Assembly (NCBI GenBank): GCA_039920305.1
Contig: JBDSEA010000083.1
Coordinates: 1 to 49,109 of the forward strand
Origin: Chitinophagales bacterium
GTDB lineage: Bacteria > Bacteroidota > Bacteroidia > Chitinophagales > UBA10324
DNA length: 49,109 nucleotides
Reading direction: 5' to 3'
This document shows, piece after piece, positions 27,589 through 37,671 of the stretch. Below the pieces are notes generated by a model. It searched no databases and was not told the origin of the DNA. It saw nothing but the letters and a program-made list of their open reading frames with translations. Made by a program: the position numbers and the translations under genes. The first letter of the stretch is position 1, and each line of letters opens with the position of its first letter.

Positions 27589-29295
27589 TTATTTTTTGAA
27601 GTTAAATGTAAATGAAGTGCTGTTATTTACTTTATCAGTTACTACTGTCCGCAGACTGTGATTTCCTTTTTGCAAAGCCCCGTCCAGGTTACAAATCAGC
27701 TGATTGGCTTTGGCGTTATATTCCAGCAGGATCCAGGTGCCATCCAGGTAGCCATTGTATGAATTGATGCCGCTCAGATTATCAGCAGCAAGAAAGTGAA
27801 TGGCAGTTCTGGTTAATAAATGGTTTTGCAGAAGGCCGATCACTGAAACCACTGGAGGAAGGGTATCAAGCATGAGAAAATAATCTCCGAAGTCGCGAAT
27901 TTTTGCCACTGCAAAATTGCGGTCCCAATAGGTAGTGAGAGCAGAAATCCTATTCTTTGGATTACGATAGGCAATTACAGCTTTTTTCTTCAGCGAATCT
28001 GAAATATAACGCGGAATAAGCCTGAGCTCACCTGCATTGTGCATGGGAGTCAAAGAGTTATGGAGATGATGAACCGGGCTTAAATAATTCTCAGCTCCGC
28101 TGGCAGTTGAAGTGTAAATAAAATTAAGATTTTCATACAAGGCATGCACTGGTAGCTCCAGTCTCATACTATCAGTGTGGAATGAATTCGGCTGGTTGAA
28201 TAAAAACTTTGCCGCAAAGCCGCGAGGTGATTCGGTAACCGGTTCTTTTCCTGAATATTTAATTTGAAAATTGAGTTCGGAAAAATTTCCATTCTCATCT
28301 CCGGCGCGGATGCGGATGGAATGCTTCGTGGTATCCCTGAGCGTAATTCTGCCGCCGTCTTTAACAACTTCATAAACCGTATTATGGTCGCCATTCATCC
28401 GGAATAATTTTCTCACGGTGGTTTTTGATTGCTGCAACATCCGGTAATCTACATGGGCATTTACATAGCGGCCATTTTCAAAACTCAGCCGATCAAGCTT
28501 CATGGAAAAGCAGAGTTGATCATCCATGTAGGCCTGGAGCACATATACCCCGAGATCACTCTTTTGATTATCCATGAAATCCACAGCACTCACGCCTAAC
28601 CCAATCATATGATCCCTTACTACTATCGTTTCAGCGGTTACCTGATTCTTTTTTTTCCGGTCTGTGCTCAATGCAAATGCCTGAGGATAAATTTCAGCGG
28701 ATGAGCTGAGTGAATACACATAAAGCCCGGTAATTGCGGGTGGAATTGAATCAGCCAGGTGCAGGAATCTGGCAGGGTTAAGCGGAAAAGTTTCGCCCTG
28801 AGCATCACGAATTTCAAAATGAAGATGAGGTCCGCTGCTCCCGCCACTGTTCCCTGAAAAGGCAATCACCTCACCTTGCTTGAAAGAAAAGGCTCCCGGT
28901 TCGGGAAATATCTCCACTTCAAACTTTTTTTCAGCATACTGTTTAGTCCGTACATACTCATCAATTGCCTGTGTGAAATGATCGAGATGGCCATAAACGG
29001 TCATATATCCGCCGGGATGTGTTACGTATAATACCCTGCCATATCCATATGGTGAAACTTTTATGCGTGACACATAGCCCTCAGCTGCTGCATAAACTTT
29101 GTATCCGGTTCTTTCATTGGTGCGAATGTCAATACCCGTATGAAAATGATCCTTACGTATATCGCCAAAGCTGGCTGAAAGCCGGATAGGAATATCAAGA
29201 GGATTACGGAACTGGGGCTCGTGCGGGGAAATAAAACTTACCGGTAATGCGAGCAAAATGAATAGAACTGATTTCCTTACTGCATCATTCTTCAC
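27589..29295 (-). CDS. M23-family metallopeptidase (large, exported)
   Basis: HxxxD motif (DHFHTGIDI) and HxH motif (GNSGGSSGPHLHFEI). GTG start at 29295 with an N-terminal signal sequence. Only 2 nt separate it from the bcp start. Confidence 0.9.
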   Translation of the reverse strand: MKNDAVRKSVLFILLALPVSFISPHEPQFRNPLDIPIRLSASFGDIRKDHFHTGIDIRTNERTGYKVYAAAEGYVSRIKVSPYGYGRVLYVTHPGGYMTVYGHLDHFTQAIDEYVRTKQYAEKKFEVEIFPEPGAFSFKQGEVIAFSGNSGGSSGPHLHFEIRDAQGETFPLNPARFLHLADSIPPAITGLYVYSLSSSAEIYPQAFALSTDRKKKNQVTAETIVVRDHMIGLGVSAVDFMDNQKSDLGVYVLQAYMDDQLCFSMKLDRLSFENGRYVNAHVDYRMLQQSKTTVRKLFRMNGDHNTVYEVVKDGGRITLRDTTKHSIRIRAGDENGNFSELNFQIKYSGKEPVTESPRGFAAKFLFNQPNSFHTDSMRLELPVHALYENLNFIYTSTASGAENYLSPVHHLHNSLTPMHNAGELRLIPRYISDSLKKKAVIAYRNPKNRISALTTYWDRNFAVAKIRDFGDYFLMLDTLPPVVSVIGLLQNHLLTRTAIHFLAADNLSGINSYNGYLDGTWILLEYNAKANQLICNLDGALQKGNHSLRTVVTDKVNNSTSFTFNFKK

Positions 29296-29515
29296 CCTGC
29301 AAAAAAAATTCTTTGTCAGAAAAAATAAATTTAAGACTGCGAATTTCTTTCAAAGCATTTACATTCTTAGCCACGTTCACTATATCAATCAACATTCGCT
29401 GAATAATTTCAACCATGTCATCATTCGGCAATACAATTTTACGCGGACGGGAATCTGTTTTGAACCGGAACTCTTCGTATCAATTCTAAAATATCAGAAC
29501 AGGGATAAAAATCAC

Positions 29516-30988
29516 TCAGTTTTCAGCAACCACTGTATTTCTTTTTCCCATTGAAATCAATAACAGACCTGCAAAAGTGAGTGCACCATTGATGAGCAGC
29601 AATTCAAAACCGAATTGATAGCCGGCGAACCACTGCTGGGAATGCGTGGAGAGAATATAGCAAATTACCGGTGAGATAATACATATTGCCGGACTGAAAC
29701 GATCATTTATCTTTCTTCTGGTAAACATGCCGAAGCTGTAAAGGCCGAGCAACGGCCCATAAGTGAAAGCGGCAATGTTGAGTACGGTGCTGATCACTGA
29801 AGTGGTATTGTTAGACCGGAAATAAGTGATGCATAAAAGAAATATTACAGCAAATGAAAAATGAACAAGATATCGTGTCTGTGTTTTCTTTTTTTCATCC
29901 AGATTTTTTCTTTCCGGGAGGTTGAGTATGTCAATACAGAATGCACTTGTCAGCGCCGTAAGTGCGCCATCAGCGCTCGGATAAAGTGCGGAAATCAAGC
30001 CGATCAGAAAAACCAATCCTGCAATATCCCCCAGATAATTCAATGCAATGAGCGGAAATAATTGATCGGTTTGTGCAGGTACAGCAAGGTTAATTTTATC
30101 CGCGTAAACGAACATTACTGCTCCAAGTGTGAGGAAAAGCAAATTCACCAATACCAGAATAAAACTAAAGGTGAACATGTTTTTTTTCGCTTCACCGAGT
30201 GAGCGGCAGCTCAGATTCTTCTGCATCATTTCCTGATCCAGTCCTGTCATGGCAACTGTAATGAAAACACCACTGAGAAATTGCTTGAGAAAAAATTTTT
30301 TATCCCTCCAATCCCAGAAAAAGGTTTTAGTAAGTGACTTTTCATGAATAGAAGAAAACATCTGTGATGGCGAATAATCAAGCTGATGCATAATGAATAT
30401 GATCGAGAGTACAAGTGCAAGCAGCATACATGTAGTTTGAATCATATCAGTCCAGACGATCGTTTTCACGCCTCCTTTAAAAGTGTAAATCAAAATCAAT
30501 CCGATGATCACAGCACCGGTAACACCGAATGGAACACCCATAGCATCAAGCACAAATACCTGGAGCATATTCACTACCAGAAACACACGCGCAGATGCAC
30601 CCAGGGTTCTTGATAAGATAAAAAATGAGGATCCGGTTTTATAGGTCACATTGCCAAAGCGGGATCTCAGGTAGCTGTATATTGAGGTGAGATTGAGCCG
30701 GTAATACAGGGGTAAAAGGATTGATGCGATAATGAAATAGCCAAAAAGATAACCGAGTACAATCTGCATGTATGCAAATTGCTTAGCGCCAACCTCGCCG
30801 GGCACACTCATAAAAGTTACACCACTCAGCGAGGTGCCGATCATTCCATAAGCCACGATGTACCACCTTGATTTCTTATTGCCGCTGTAGAAAGAATTTG
30901 CATTTGCCCCGCGGGCAGTATACATTGAGATAATAAGCAGTAAAACAAAATACAGGAAAACAATGCTTAAGATAATCGCAGGTGACAT
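29516..30988 (-). CDS. Sodium:solute symporter family transporter
   Basis: 490 aa with about 13 TM segments. The SSF-like N-terminus reads FYSGNKKSRWYIVAYGMIGTSLSGVTFMSVPG. Confidence 0.88.
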   Translation of the reverse strand: MSPAIILSIVFLYFVLLLIISMYTARGANANSFYSGNKKSRWYIVAYGMIGTSLSGVTFMSVPGEVGAKQFAYMQIVLGYLFGYFIIASILLPLYYRLNLTSIYSYLRSRFGNVTYKTGSSFFILSRTLGASARVFLVVNMLQVFVLDAMGVPFGVTGAVIIGLILIYTFKGGVKTIVWTDMIQTTCMLLALVLSIIFIMHQLDYSPSQMFSSIHEKSLTKTFFWDWRDKKFFLKQFLSGVFITVAMTGLDQEMMQKNLSCRSLGEAKKNMFTFSFILVLVNLLFLTLGAVMFVYADKINLAVPAQTDQLFPLIALNYLGDIAGLVFLIGLISALYPSADGALTALTSAFCIDILNLPERKNLDEKKKTQTRYLVHFSFAVIFLLCITYFRSNNTTSVISTVLNIAAFTYGPLLGLYSFGMFTRRKINDRFSPAICIISPVICYILSTHSQQWFAGYQFGFELLLINGALTFAGLLLISMGKRNTVVAEN

Positions 30989-31080
30989 ATGGTAATTTTC
31001 AAAGGTGCAAAGTATGAATGCAGTATGAATTTTTAATTCTTACTCCAGCCTCTTAATTTCATTCCCTCTATATTCCTGAA

Positions 31081-32994
31081 ATGAATTCTAAGAATCAGAA
31101 GAAAATCAAAAAAGCTGTCAGGCAATCCATTCCTCTCCCCGAAACTGATCTGCACCAAAAGCTCATCCGCATACTTGCTCTTATTGTTGCGACAGTTGCT
31201 CTTATTCAATACATACAAACATTCACCCATGGATTTGCTCTGGATGACTACTCAGCAATACTGGAAAACAAAGTAACACAAGGTGGTATTCAAGCCATAC
31301 CGACGATTTTTAATACAACTTACCGTTTCGGTTATCCCATTCAGGGTGATGAGCTTTATCGCCCGATTCCGAAATCAGTGTTTGCAATCTTATGGCAGCT
31401 TGCTCCCAACAATCCTTTGCCGGGGCATCTGCTGAACATTATTCTGTATGCCATTACCGGTATTCTGTTGTTCATCACCCTGGCAAAATTTCTTCCGCAG
31501 AATATTCATGTGGCTTTCTTCTCAGCGATATTTTTTACGGCTCATCCTGTTCACACTGAGGTAGTGGCGAACATCAAGAGCATGGATGAAATGCTCTCGT
31601 TCCTGTTTTTTTTGATTTCACTTTTGTGCCTGCATCAGTATTTCGGCTCGCAAAAGAAAAGGTGGGTATTTTTTTCAGTCGTCAGCTATTTTGCATCTCT
31701 TCTTTCGAAGGAATCTGCAATCACCTACCTCGCAGTTTTTCCACTCATTATTTTCTATTTCACTAAAATACCGGCGGCGAAAAATTTCAGGATAAGCATG
31801 CTGATGCTAATTCCGGCACTCATCTTTCTCATTATCAGGTACAGGATTGTTGGTGAAACGGTCTTACCCGGTATGGCGGATAATGCCTTGTTTGCCAGCA
31901 ATGATGAACTGGTTAGAAAAGCAAGCGCAGTCTGTTTTCTTGGCATATATCTCCGGCTGCTTATTATTCCTTCAGCACTTTCTTTTGATTATTCCTATAA
32001 TCAAATACCACTGTGTTCGCTAATGGACATACAGTTTTGGATTGCTGCGGGAGCTTACCTGGCATTATTGATTTTTTCCATAGTGTACTTAAAGAAAAAA
32101 AATCTTATCGCTTTTGGAATCCTGTTCTTCCTGATCACCATTTCCATTTCATCCAACCTCATTATTTATATAGGAACACACATGGCGGAGCGGCTTTTGT
32201 ATGTGCCTTCACTCGGCTTTTGCTTTTCTTTAGCGGCGGCTCTCGGCTATTTTATTAAGGACAAAAAGAGCATCCCGTCTGATTCGCTGAAATTATTTTT
32301 TCAAAACAGGGTTGTACTGACAGGCCTGGCATCTGCTGTTACTTTTTTTTACACCCTGAAAACCTGGTCACAAAACCCGGTTTGGAGAAATAATGAAACA
32401 CTGTATGAGAGCGGAATTGTGCAATCGCCAAAAAGCCACCGAACCCATTTTTATCTCGGTAATTTTTTACTGAAAAAGAAATACTATTCCGGGTTTCCTG
32501 CAAATCAGCAGAAGCAAATCATTCAGCGTGGTCTGGGAGAACTGAGAAAATCCATTGCCATTTACCCGGAATTTGCCGATGCATGGCTGCATATAGGCAA
32601 TTATTATTCTGAGATTCATCAGGAAGATTCTGCTGAATATTATTTCATTAAAACACTGGAGATTGAACCCTTTCTTGCAGTAGCACATAATAATCTTGGG
32701 ACAGTTTATTTTGGTCAGAAGAAATATGGCGAAGCCATTTCAGAATTTATCAGTGCCATTCAAAATGATCCGAATTACCATGATGGCTATAGGAATCTGG
32801 GGAGTGTATACGGAACAATAGGAAAATATCAGGAATCCATTAAGTATTTCAACAGGGCATTACAGATTGCTCCCGAGGATGCTGAAACAAATTATTACCT
32901 CGGCATCACCTACAGAAATCTTGGTGATATGCTTAATGCCCGGGTTTTCCTTGACAGGGCTGCAGCGCTTGATCCGCAGTTCAGAAATCAATAA
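31081..32994 (+). CDS. TMTC-like membrane protein: GT-C/PMT-like polytopic N-terminal domain fused to C-terminal TPR repeats
   Basis: 637 aa. About 10-11 TM segments begin with the GFALDDY motif typical of DUF1736/TMTC proteins. The C-terminal 180 aa or so hold at least four TPR units (AWLHIGNYY, AHNNLGTVYF, GYRNLGSVY, TNYYLGITY). Confidence 0.8.
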   Translation: MNSKNQKKIKKAVRQSIPLPETDLHQKLIRILALIVATVALIQYIQTFTHGFALDDYSAILENKVTQGGIQAIPTIFNTTYRFGYPIQGDELYRPIPKSVFAILWQLAPNNPLPGHLLNIILYAITGILLFITLAKFLPQNIHVAFFSAIFFTAHPVHTEVVANIKSMDEMLSFLFFLISLLCLHQYFGSQKKRWVFFSVVSYFASLLSKESAITYLAVFPLIIFYFTKIPAAKNFRISMLMLIPALIFLIIRYRIVGETVLPGMADNALFASNDELVRKASAVCFLGIYLRLLIIPSALSFDYSYNQIPLCSLMDIQFWIAAGAYLALLIFSIVYLKKKNLIAFGILFFLITISISSNLIIYIGTHMAERLLYVPSLGFCFSLAAALGYFIKDKKSIPSDSLKLFFQNRVVLTGLASAVTFFYTLKTWSQNPVWRNNETLYESGIVQSPKSHRTHFYLGNFLLKKKYYSGFPANQQKQIIQRGLGELRKSIAIYPEFADAWLHIGNYYSEIHQEDSAEYYFIKTLEIEPFLAVAHNNLGTVYFGQKKYGEAISEFISAIQNDPNYHDGYRNLGSVYGTIGKYQESIKYFNRALQIAPEDAETNYYLGITYRNLGDMLNARVFLDRAAALDPQFRNQ

Positions 32995-33075
32995 AACCTG
33001 AGCGGGCGAATAGAAAAACCATCAAATCAGAAGATTAAGTTCAATGGCTTACGGCTGGCAACTGATCTAATGTGC

Positions 33076-34635
33076 TTATTGGCTGATGAAAATCAATTTT
33101 TTTGTAACTGTTTCATTTCCCCTCCGAAGAGAATAATAATATGCACTGTTTCGCAATCCGAGCTGCTTTGCGGCAAGCACAATTTTATGATGGCCCTGCT
33201 CTAAAAATTCATCCAGGATCAGGTCAGTAATTTTTTTACCCGTCATATCAAACAAGGTAAGGGTATAAAAATCCGATACCGGGATTGCCATACCAATAGA
33301 AGTAGTTTCTGAAAATGGATTTGGGGTATTTTGAAAGAGAAGGAAGTGGCTTGGAAGAAGTGTTTGCATTGCTTCTGTAAGTGTTGTCACCTCGATTTGA
33401 GCAGTCCATACCGAAGTTTGTAAATTATCTTCCCTTGTCCAGATAGGTGCAATTTTGCCACCGTAAGCACTGATGTTATTGTAGTCTCCAAGAAATGTAA
33501 TCGCATTGGGAATAAATGGGCTTTCACTGATTTTTACATTGGTAAAAGTTTCTCCCCCATCGGCGGAATAAGCAAGAAACACATCTGTATTTTTATCTGA
33601 ATAGTTTCTGCGGTCATAAAACACAATCCATATCATTCCATCGGCCTGGTCTATATCCATCCATGACATGAACTGATGGGTTTCGGTGTTGTCATCATTC
33701 ACTTTTACCGCAGTGCTCCATGTATTTCCCCCATCTATTGATTTTGCAATAAATACATCTGTATTATCTGCACCATTGCGCTGATCACTCCAGTTTATGT
33801 AAATGGTTCCGTTATATATACTGTTGCTCAGATCACATTTTGTAACAGGCATCCCGTTGGAACGATAGAGTCCCGGAATATTATAATCCCATCCGCCGGA
33901 ATGTGCTGTAGCTGCAATATCGGTGACCAGCCAGCTATCACCCTGATCCGCAGAGCGGTCGAACCAAATTGTATCATTGAATGACCATGCAACATAAATT
34001 TTACCATCAGAACCTACAGTGGGTACTGCACCTTCAGGTGTGTAATCACTATCCAGGCAATTTCCTGCTTGCCTGTTTATACGTACCGGTTCTGTCCATG
34101 TGATACCCTGGTCAGTAGATTTTGAGAAGAGAATGATTGCGCTGTCACCGGGACTGTTGCTTGCATACGTATCAAACTGGGTCCACGTCATGTAAATATT
34201 TTTCGTTAGCGGATCATAAACTGCCCATGCCTTATCCTGATCCCGAATGCCATTCAATCCTGTATAGCTGCCATTGCTCCACGTCAGGCCATTATCAGTT
34301 GATTTCTGACAAATGATGCGGTCAATCCAGCTTCCTCCGGGCGGGTTCGATAAATGAATGAAGTAGAAATTTTCTGAAGTATCAGAAATGATACACGGAT
34401 CGCCCCATACTCCCCAGTCGCAGGTTACGTTATTTTTCTGCCAGCTCAATCCGCCATCAGCAGATTGATAAGTAAAGTTGAGGTTAGCACCAGCAACAAT
34501 GTTCTGCACATTTTTAGGATTTACCCAAATGCTGGGCTCATTCGGATTTCCATTGTCATCAATAAGAATGTTGGGGAACTGTGCCAGGACAAATTGAATT
34601 TTAAAGCAAAAAATAAAAAACAGGAATGGTTTCAT
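33076..34635 (-). CDS. BNR-repeat (sialidase/sortilin-like) beta-propeller protein with T9SS type-A CTD
   Basis: Internal ATG 34635 gives signal peptide MKPFLFFIFCFKIQFVLA. There are six SxDxGxTW-type BNR motifs (SADGGLSW, STDNGLTW, STDQGITW, SADQGDSW, SIDGGNTW, SADGGETF). The CTD begins NTPNPFSETT. Confidence 0.8.
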   Translation of the reverse strand: MKPFLFFIFCFKIQFVLAQFPNILIDDNGNPNEPSIWVNPKNVQNIVAGANLNFTYQSADGGLSWQKNNVTCDWGVWGDPCIISDTSENFYFIHLSNPPGGSWIDRIICQKSTDNGLTWSNGSYTGLNGIRDQDKAWAVYDPLTKNIYMTWTQFDTYASNSPGDSAIILFSKSTDQGITWTEPVRINRQAGNCLDSDYTPEGAVPTVGSDGKIYVAWSFNDTIWFDRSADQGDSWLVTDIAATAHSGGWDYNIPGLYRSNGMPVTKCDLSNSIYNGTIYINWSDQRNGADNTDVFIAKSIDGGNTWSTAVKVNDDNTETHQFMSWMDIDQADGMIWIVFYDRRNYSDKNTDVFLAYSADGGETFTNVKISESPFIPNAITFLGDYNNISAYGGKIAPIWTREDNLQTSVWTAQIEVTTLTEAMQTLLPSHFLLFQNTPNPFSETTSIGMAIPVSDFYTLTLFDMTGKKITDLILDEFLEQGHHKIVLAAKQLGLRNSAYYYSLRRGNETVTKKLIFISQ

Positions 34636-34695
34636 GAAATGTAATTCATGATAAAAATACAATGAAACTTTTGTGCATCCTGGCTTCAAATACTA

Positions 34696-35307
34696 TTACA
34701 TTGATTCATTGTATTGCTTAATAAGCTGGGGGAGATCAATATACCTGTACCCTTTTTCTTTATTCCTGATCCTGTTCAGCAATGAATCATTTCCTTTAAA
34801 AATCTCATTCGAATTTTTCAGAAGTGCAGTTTCACCTCCTATAGTAAATTGCTTGCCGGAATCATTTACAATGATAAACTCGCTTTGCAAATACTGCTCA
34901 TCATTACCTGTGGCAGGCCGCTGCCCGCTTCCTGCAGGTACATATAAATTTTCAGGAAGCCTGAAGAATTGATAGAGTTTCAAATCACCTTCAGAAAGTG
35001 TAAGCAGAAAGTGCTGTGATTTCGGATCGGGATCTCCATATTCGATGGAAGTATAATTTCTGTCCCGCACTTTAAAGCCCCGCACCTGATCCGGCATTAA
35101 AAAAATCTTTATCTTCTCACCACGGGAATCATTCGAATATTCACTGCCCGCCTGGTTATCGAGCTTATTAATAAGCAGGATGTAACCTCTGATTGTATCG
35201 CCTTTTGCATTTATGAAATATCCCGGATAGCGCTGGTTCAGCTTTTCGTGCTGTGCCAATATCAATGAGGGAATAAGGAGAAGAATAACTGCAGTCAAAA
35301 TTTTCAT
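34696..35307 (-). CDS. Secreted hypothetical protein
   Basis: ATG 35307 gives signal peptide MKILTAVILLLIPSLILA. No motif recognised. Confidence 0.5.
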   Translation of the reverse strand: MKILTAVILLLIPSLILAQHEKLNQRYPGYFINAKGDTIRGYILLINKLDNQAGSEYSNDSRGEKIKIFLMPDQVRGFKVRDRNYTSIEYGDPDPKSQHFLLTLSEGDLKLYQFFRLPENLYVPAGSGQRPATGNDEQYLQSEFIIVNDSGKQFTIGGETALLKNSNEIFKGNDSLLNRIRNKEKGYRYIDLPQLIKQYNESM

Positions 35308-35451
35308 GAAACCATTCTTAACTTGCATTTAAGATGAAGTTAAAGATTGAATGGTTGTATTTCTGCTGATTCAATAAAAAGGGCTGCCTGTAAAAGTCAT
35401 TCAATCATACTGATTTAGAAATTTAAAGACAGCCCCTGCAATTAATTCAAA

Positions 35452-36813
35452 TCAATTGATCAACAGTTTTTCAGAAGAATAATTTCCATTATTCTCAAGA
35501 TCAAGAAAATAAATACCCTTGCTGAAATTTCTTAAATCAATCTGGCGCAGCCAGGTTTCTGATTTGTCTTTGTAAACTTTTTCGAATACTGTTCTTCCTA
35601 TTGCATCAGTTACCCGAATATGAATGGGTTGATCGTTTTGAGCATTGAAAGAAAAATAAAAAACTCCGCTTGAAGGATTAGGATATAAATTAAATTCAGA
35701 GAGTTCTATGCCTTTTACATTAGTGGCAACAAATGCTCCGCTGTATTTCCACATTCCATCAGTAACATAATCGGTATTAACGCCTCCGCTCCATCCTGTA
35801 AGATTATCAAAAAATGATACGGCAAAATGAAAAACGTCAGAATCTATTGTAACCCATGTATCACCTGCATCGAGACTGTATGCTGAGCCATATACGAGAT
35901 TAGTATTATCGAATCCGGAAGCAACAAGCGTATAGGCGGTATAGGGAACATAGGCTAAGCCACCATTCTGGCTTGGATTAAAAAAAGTTCCCGCGGGAGT
36001 AATATTTGTCCAGGTTGTGCCTCCGTCAATGGTACGTTGAATTGACTTGAATGCGAAACTGGTATTATTGCTTAATTCTACCCAGCCTACCATTTCATCA
36101 GCAAAATCCAATGATACAATTGCATCAGTGGTACCTGTAGAATAAACAGTCCAGGTTGCTCCAAAATCCGTTGTTTTATAGAGCCGTCCCTTATTAGTGC
36201 CGAACCAGAAACTATTTCCACGGGCGGCAAATGATCTTGTCAAGCCGAATTCCCCATTAGTGGGATTCGGGATATTTGCCCCATCGACCAGGATCCAGTT
36301 TACACCCCCGTCAGTGGTTGTATAAATTTCATATTCTCCGTTAATCGGATCGCCAGCCGCCACACCGGTACTGGCATCCCAGAAATACAAAACATCAGGA
36401 AAAGAAGCGGATGCAGAAAAAATCTGACCGCTTTCCTGAGAAGTCCATGTTTGGCCGCCGTCAGTGGTACCAAATATTCCTACCTTAGCACCAAGACCTG
36501 CATCATAAAACATAGCCCATGCATTTTGATCATCTACTGCTGCAAAACAGGACCACTCATAATTTGCAGGAGCAGTAGTTACCGTTGAGGGCACCCATGT
36601 GAGACCCCCATCAGTAGTACGGGTATATTGCTGTAAGGTATTTCCATTTCCTGAGCCATCAAATGAGGTAGCCCATGCTGAGGTGGCATCTGTAATAACT
36701 ATCTGGTTGATTCCCTGGAAGGGATCTGAAAATCCGCTTGCCTGTGACTCCCATTGTGCATTGCTGCTGAGAGCGAACAGGCTAAAAATAAAAATTGGTA
36801 GAAGTTTTCTCAT
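35452..36813 (-). CDS. BNR/Ycf48-like beta-propeller protein with T9SS type-A CTD
   Basis: Signal peptide MRKLLPIFIFSLFALSSNA. Repeats are TTDGGLTW, TTDGGQTW, TTDGGVNW, TTDFGATW, TIDGGTTW and SLDAGDTW. The CTD reads LYPNPSSGVFYF...GIYFLDLENNG. Confidence 0.75.
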   Translation of the reverse strand: MRKLLPIFIFSLFALSSNAQWESQASGFSDPFQGINQIVITDATSAWATSFDGSGNGNTLQQYTRTTDGGLTWVPSTVTTAPANYEWSCFAAVDDQNAWAMFYDAGLGAKVGIFGTTDGGQTWTSQESGQIFSASASFPDVLYFWDASTGVAAGDPINGEYEIYTTTDGGVNWILVDGANIPNPTNGEFGLTRSFAARGNSFWFGTNKGRLYKTTDFGATWTVYSTGTTDAIVSLDFADEMVGWVELSNNTSFAFKSIQRTIDGGTTWTNITPAGTFFNPSQNGGLAYVPYTAYTLVASGFDNTNLVYGSAYSLDAGDTWVTIDSDVFHFAVSFFDNLTGWSGGVNTDYVTDGMWKYSGAFVATNVKGIELSEFNLYPNPSSGVFYFSFNAQNDQPIHIRVTDAIGRTVFEKVYKDKSETWLRQIDLRNFSKGIYFLDLENNGNYSSEKLLIN

Positions 36814-36966
36814 GTGTTTGGTTTTAGGATTTCAAATGTATATTGATTGGTTAATTGAATAAAATATTTCCATCTCTTGTTATTACCAGTTTCCTCACGG
36901 ATTTCATTCTACTTTTAAGTCCTGAAACGCGGCAATTACAAAATCTTCACCTAAAAATATTTACGA

Positions 36967-37596
36967 GTGAATTTTCCATCAAAGCTTATAGAGCAGGCAG
37001 TATCAGAATTTGAAAAACTTCCTGGCATTGGTAAGAAAACGGCACTGCGGTTGGTGTTGTACCTTATGAAGCAGGATATTGCTGCGGTAGAACAATTTAT
37101 GATGGCAGTGGGAAGAATGCGTAAGGAAATAAAATTCTGCCACACATGTCACAACATCTCTGATAATGAGATCTGTGGAATTTGCTCGAGCCAAAAACGC
37201 AATTCATCACTGGTTTGCGTCGTGGAAAACATCCGGGATGTGATTGCAATTGAAAGCACCAACCAGTATTTTGGCTTGTATCATGTGCTTGGTGGTGTAA
37301 TAAGCCCTCTCGATGGTATAGGGCCCGATGAACTGAAAATAACATCCCTCATTGAGCGCGCTGCAAATACCGCAACAAAGGAGGTGATCATGGCGCTCAA
37401 CCCCACTATCGAGGGCGATACCACCATTTTTTATATCTCCAGGAAGCTGCAGCATCTGCCTGTGAAAATTACAAGCATTGCCCGCGGTGTTTCCTTTGGC
37501 GGCGAGCTGGAGTACGTGGATGATGTGACCCTTGCCCGTTCCATTGTTACGCGAATGCCTTATGAGAATTATCTTGTAAAGGATCAGGAAGTCTGA
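36967..37596 (+). CDS. recR: Recombination protein RecR
   Basis: GTG start. HhH motif (LPGIGKKTALRL), Cys4 zinc finger (CHTCHNISDNEICGIC) and a Toprim domain (VCVVENIRD...). Confidence 0.95.
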   Translation: MNFPSKLIEQAVSEFEKLPGIGKKTALRLVLYLMKQDIAAVEQFMMAVGRMRKEIKFCHTCHNISDNEICGICSSQKRNSSLVCVVENIRDVIAIESTNQYFGLYHVLGGVISPLDGIGPDELKITSLIERAANTATKEVIMALNPTIEGDTTIFYISRKLQHLPVKITSIARGVSFGGELEYVDDVTLARSIVTRMPYENYLVKDQEV

Positions 37597-37671
37597 ATGG
37601 CTGAATGGCTATATTGCTGAATTGTTTGATTGTTGTAATCATTTGACCATTTAACCGTTTAGTAATTTATA

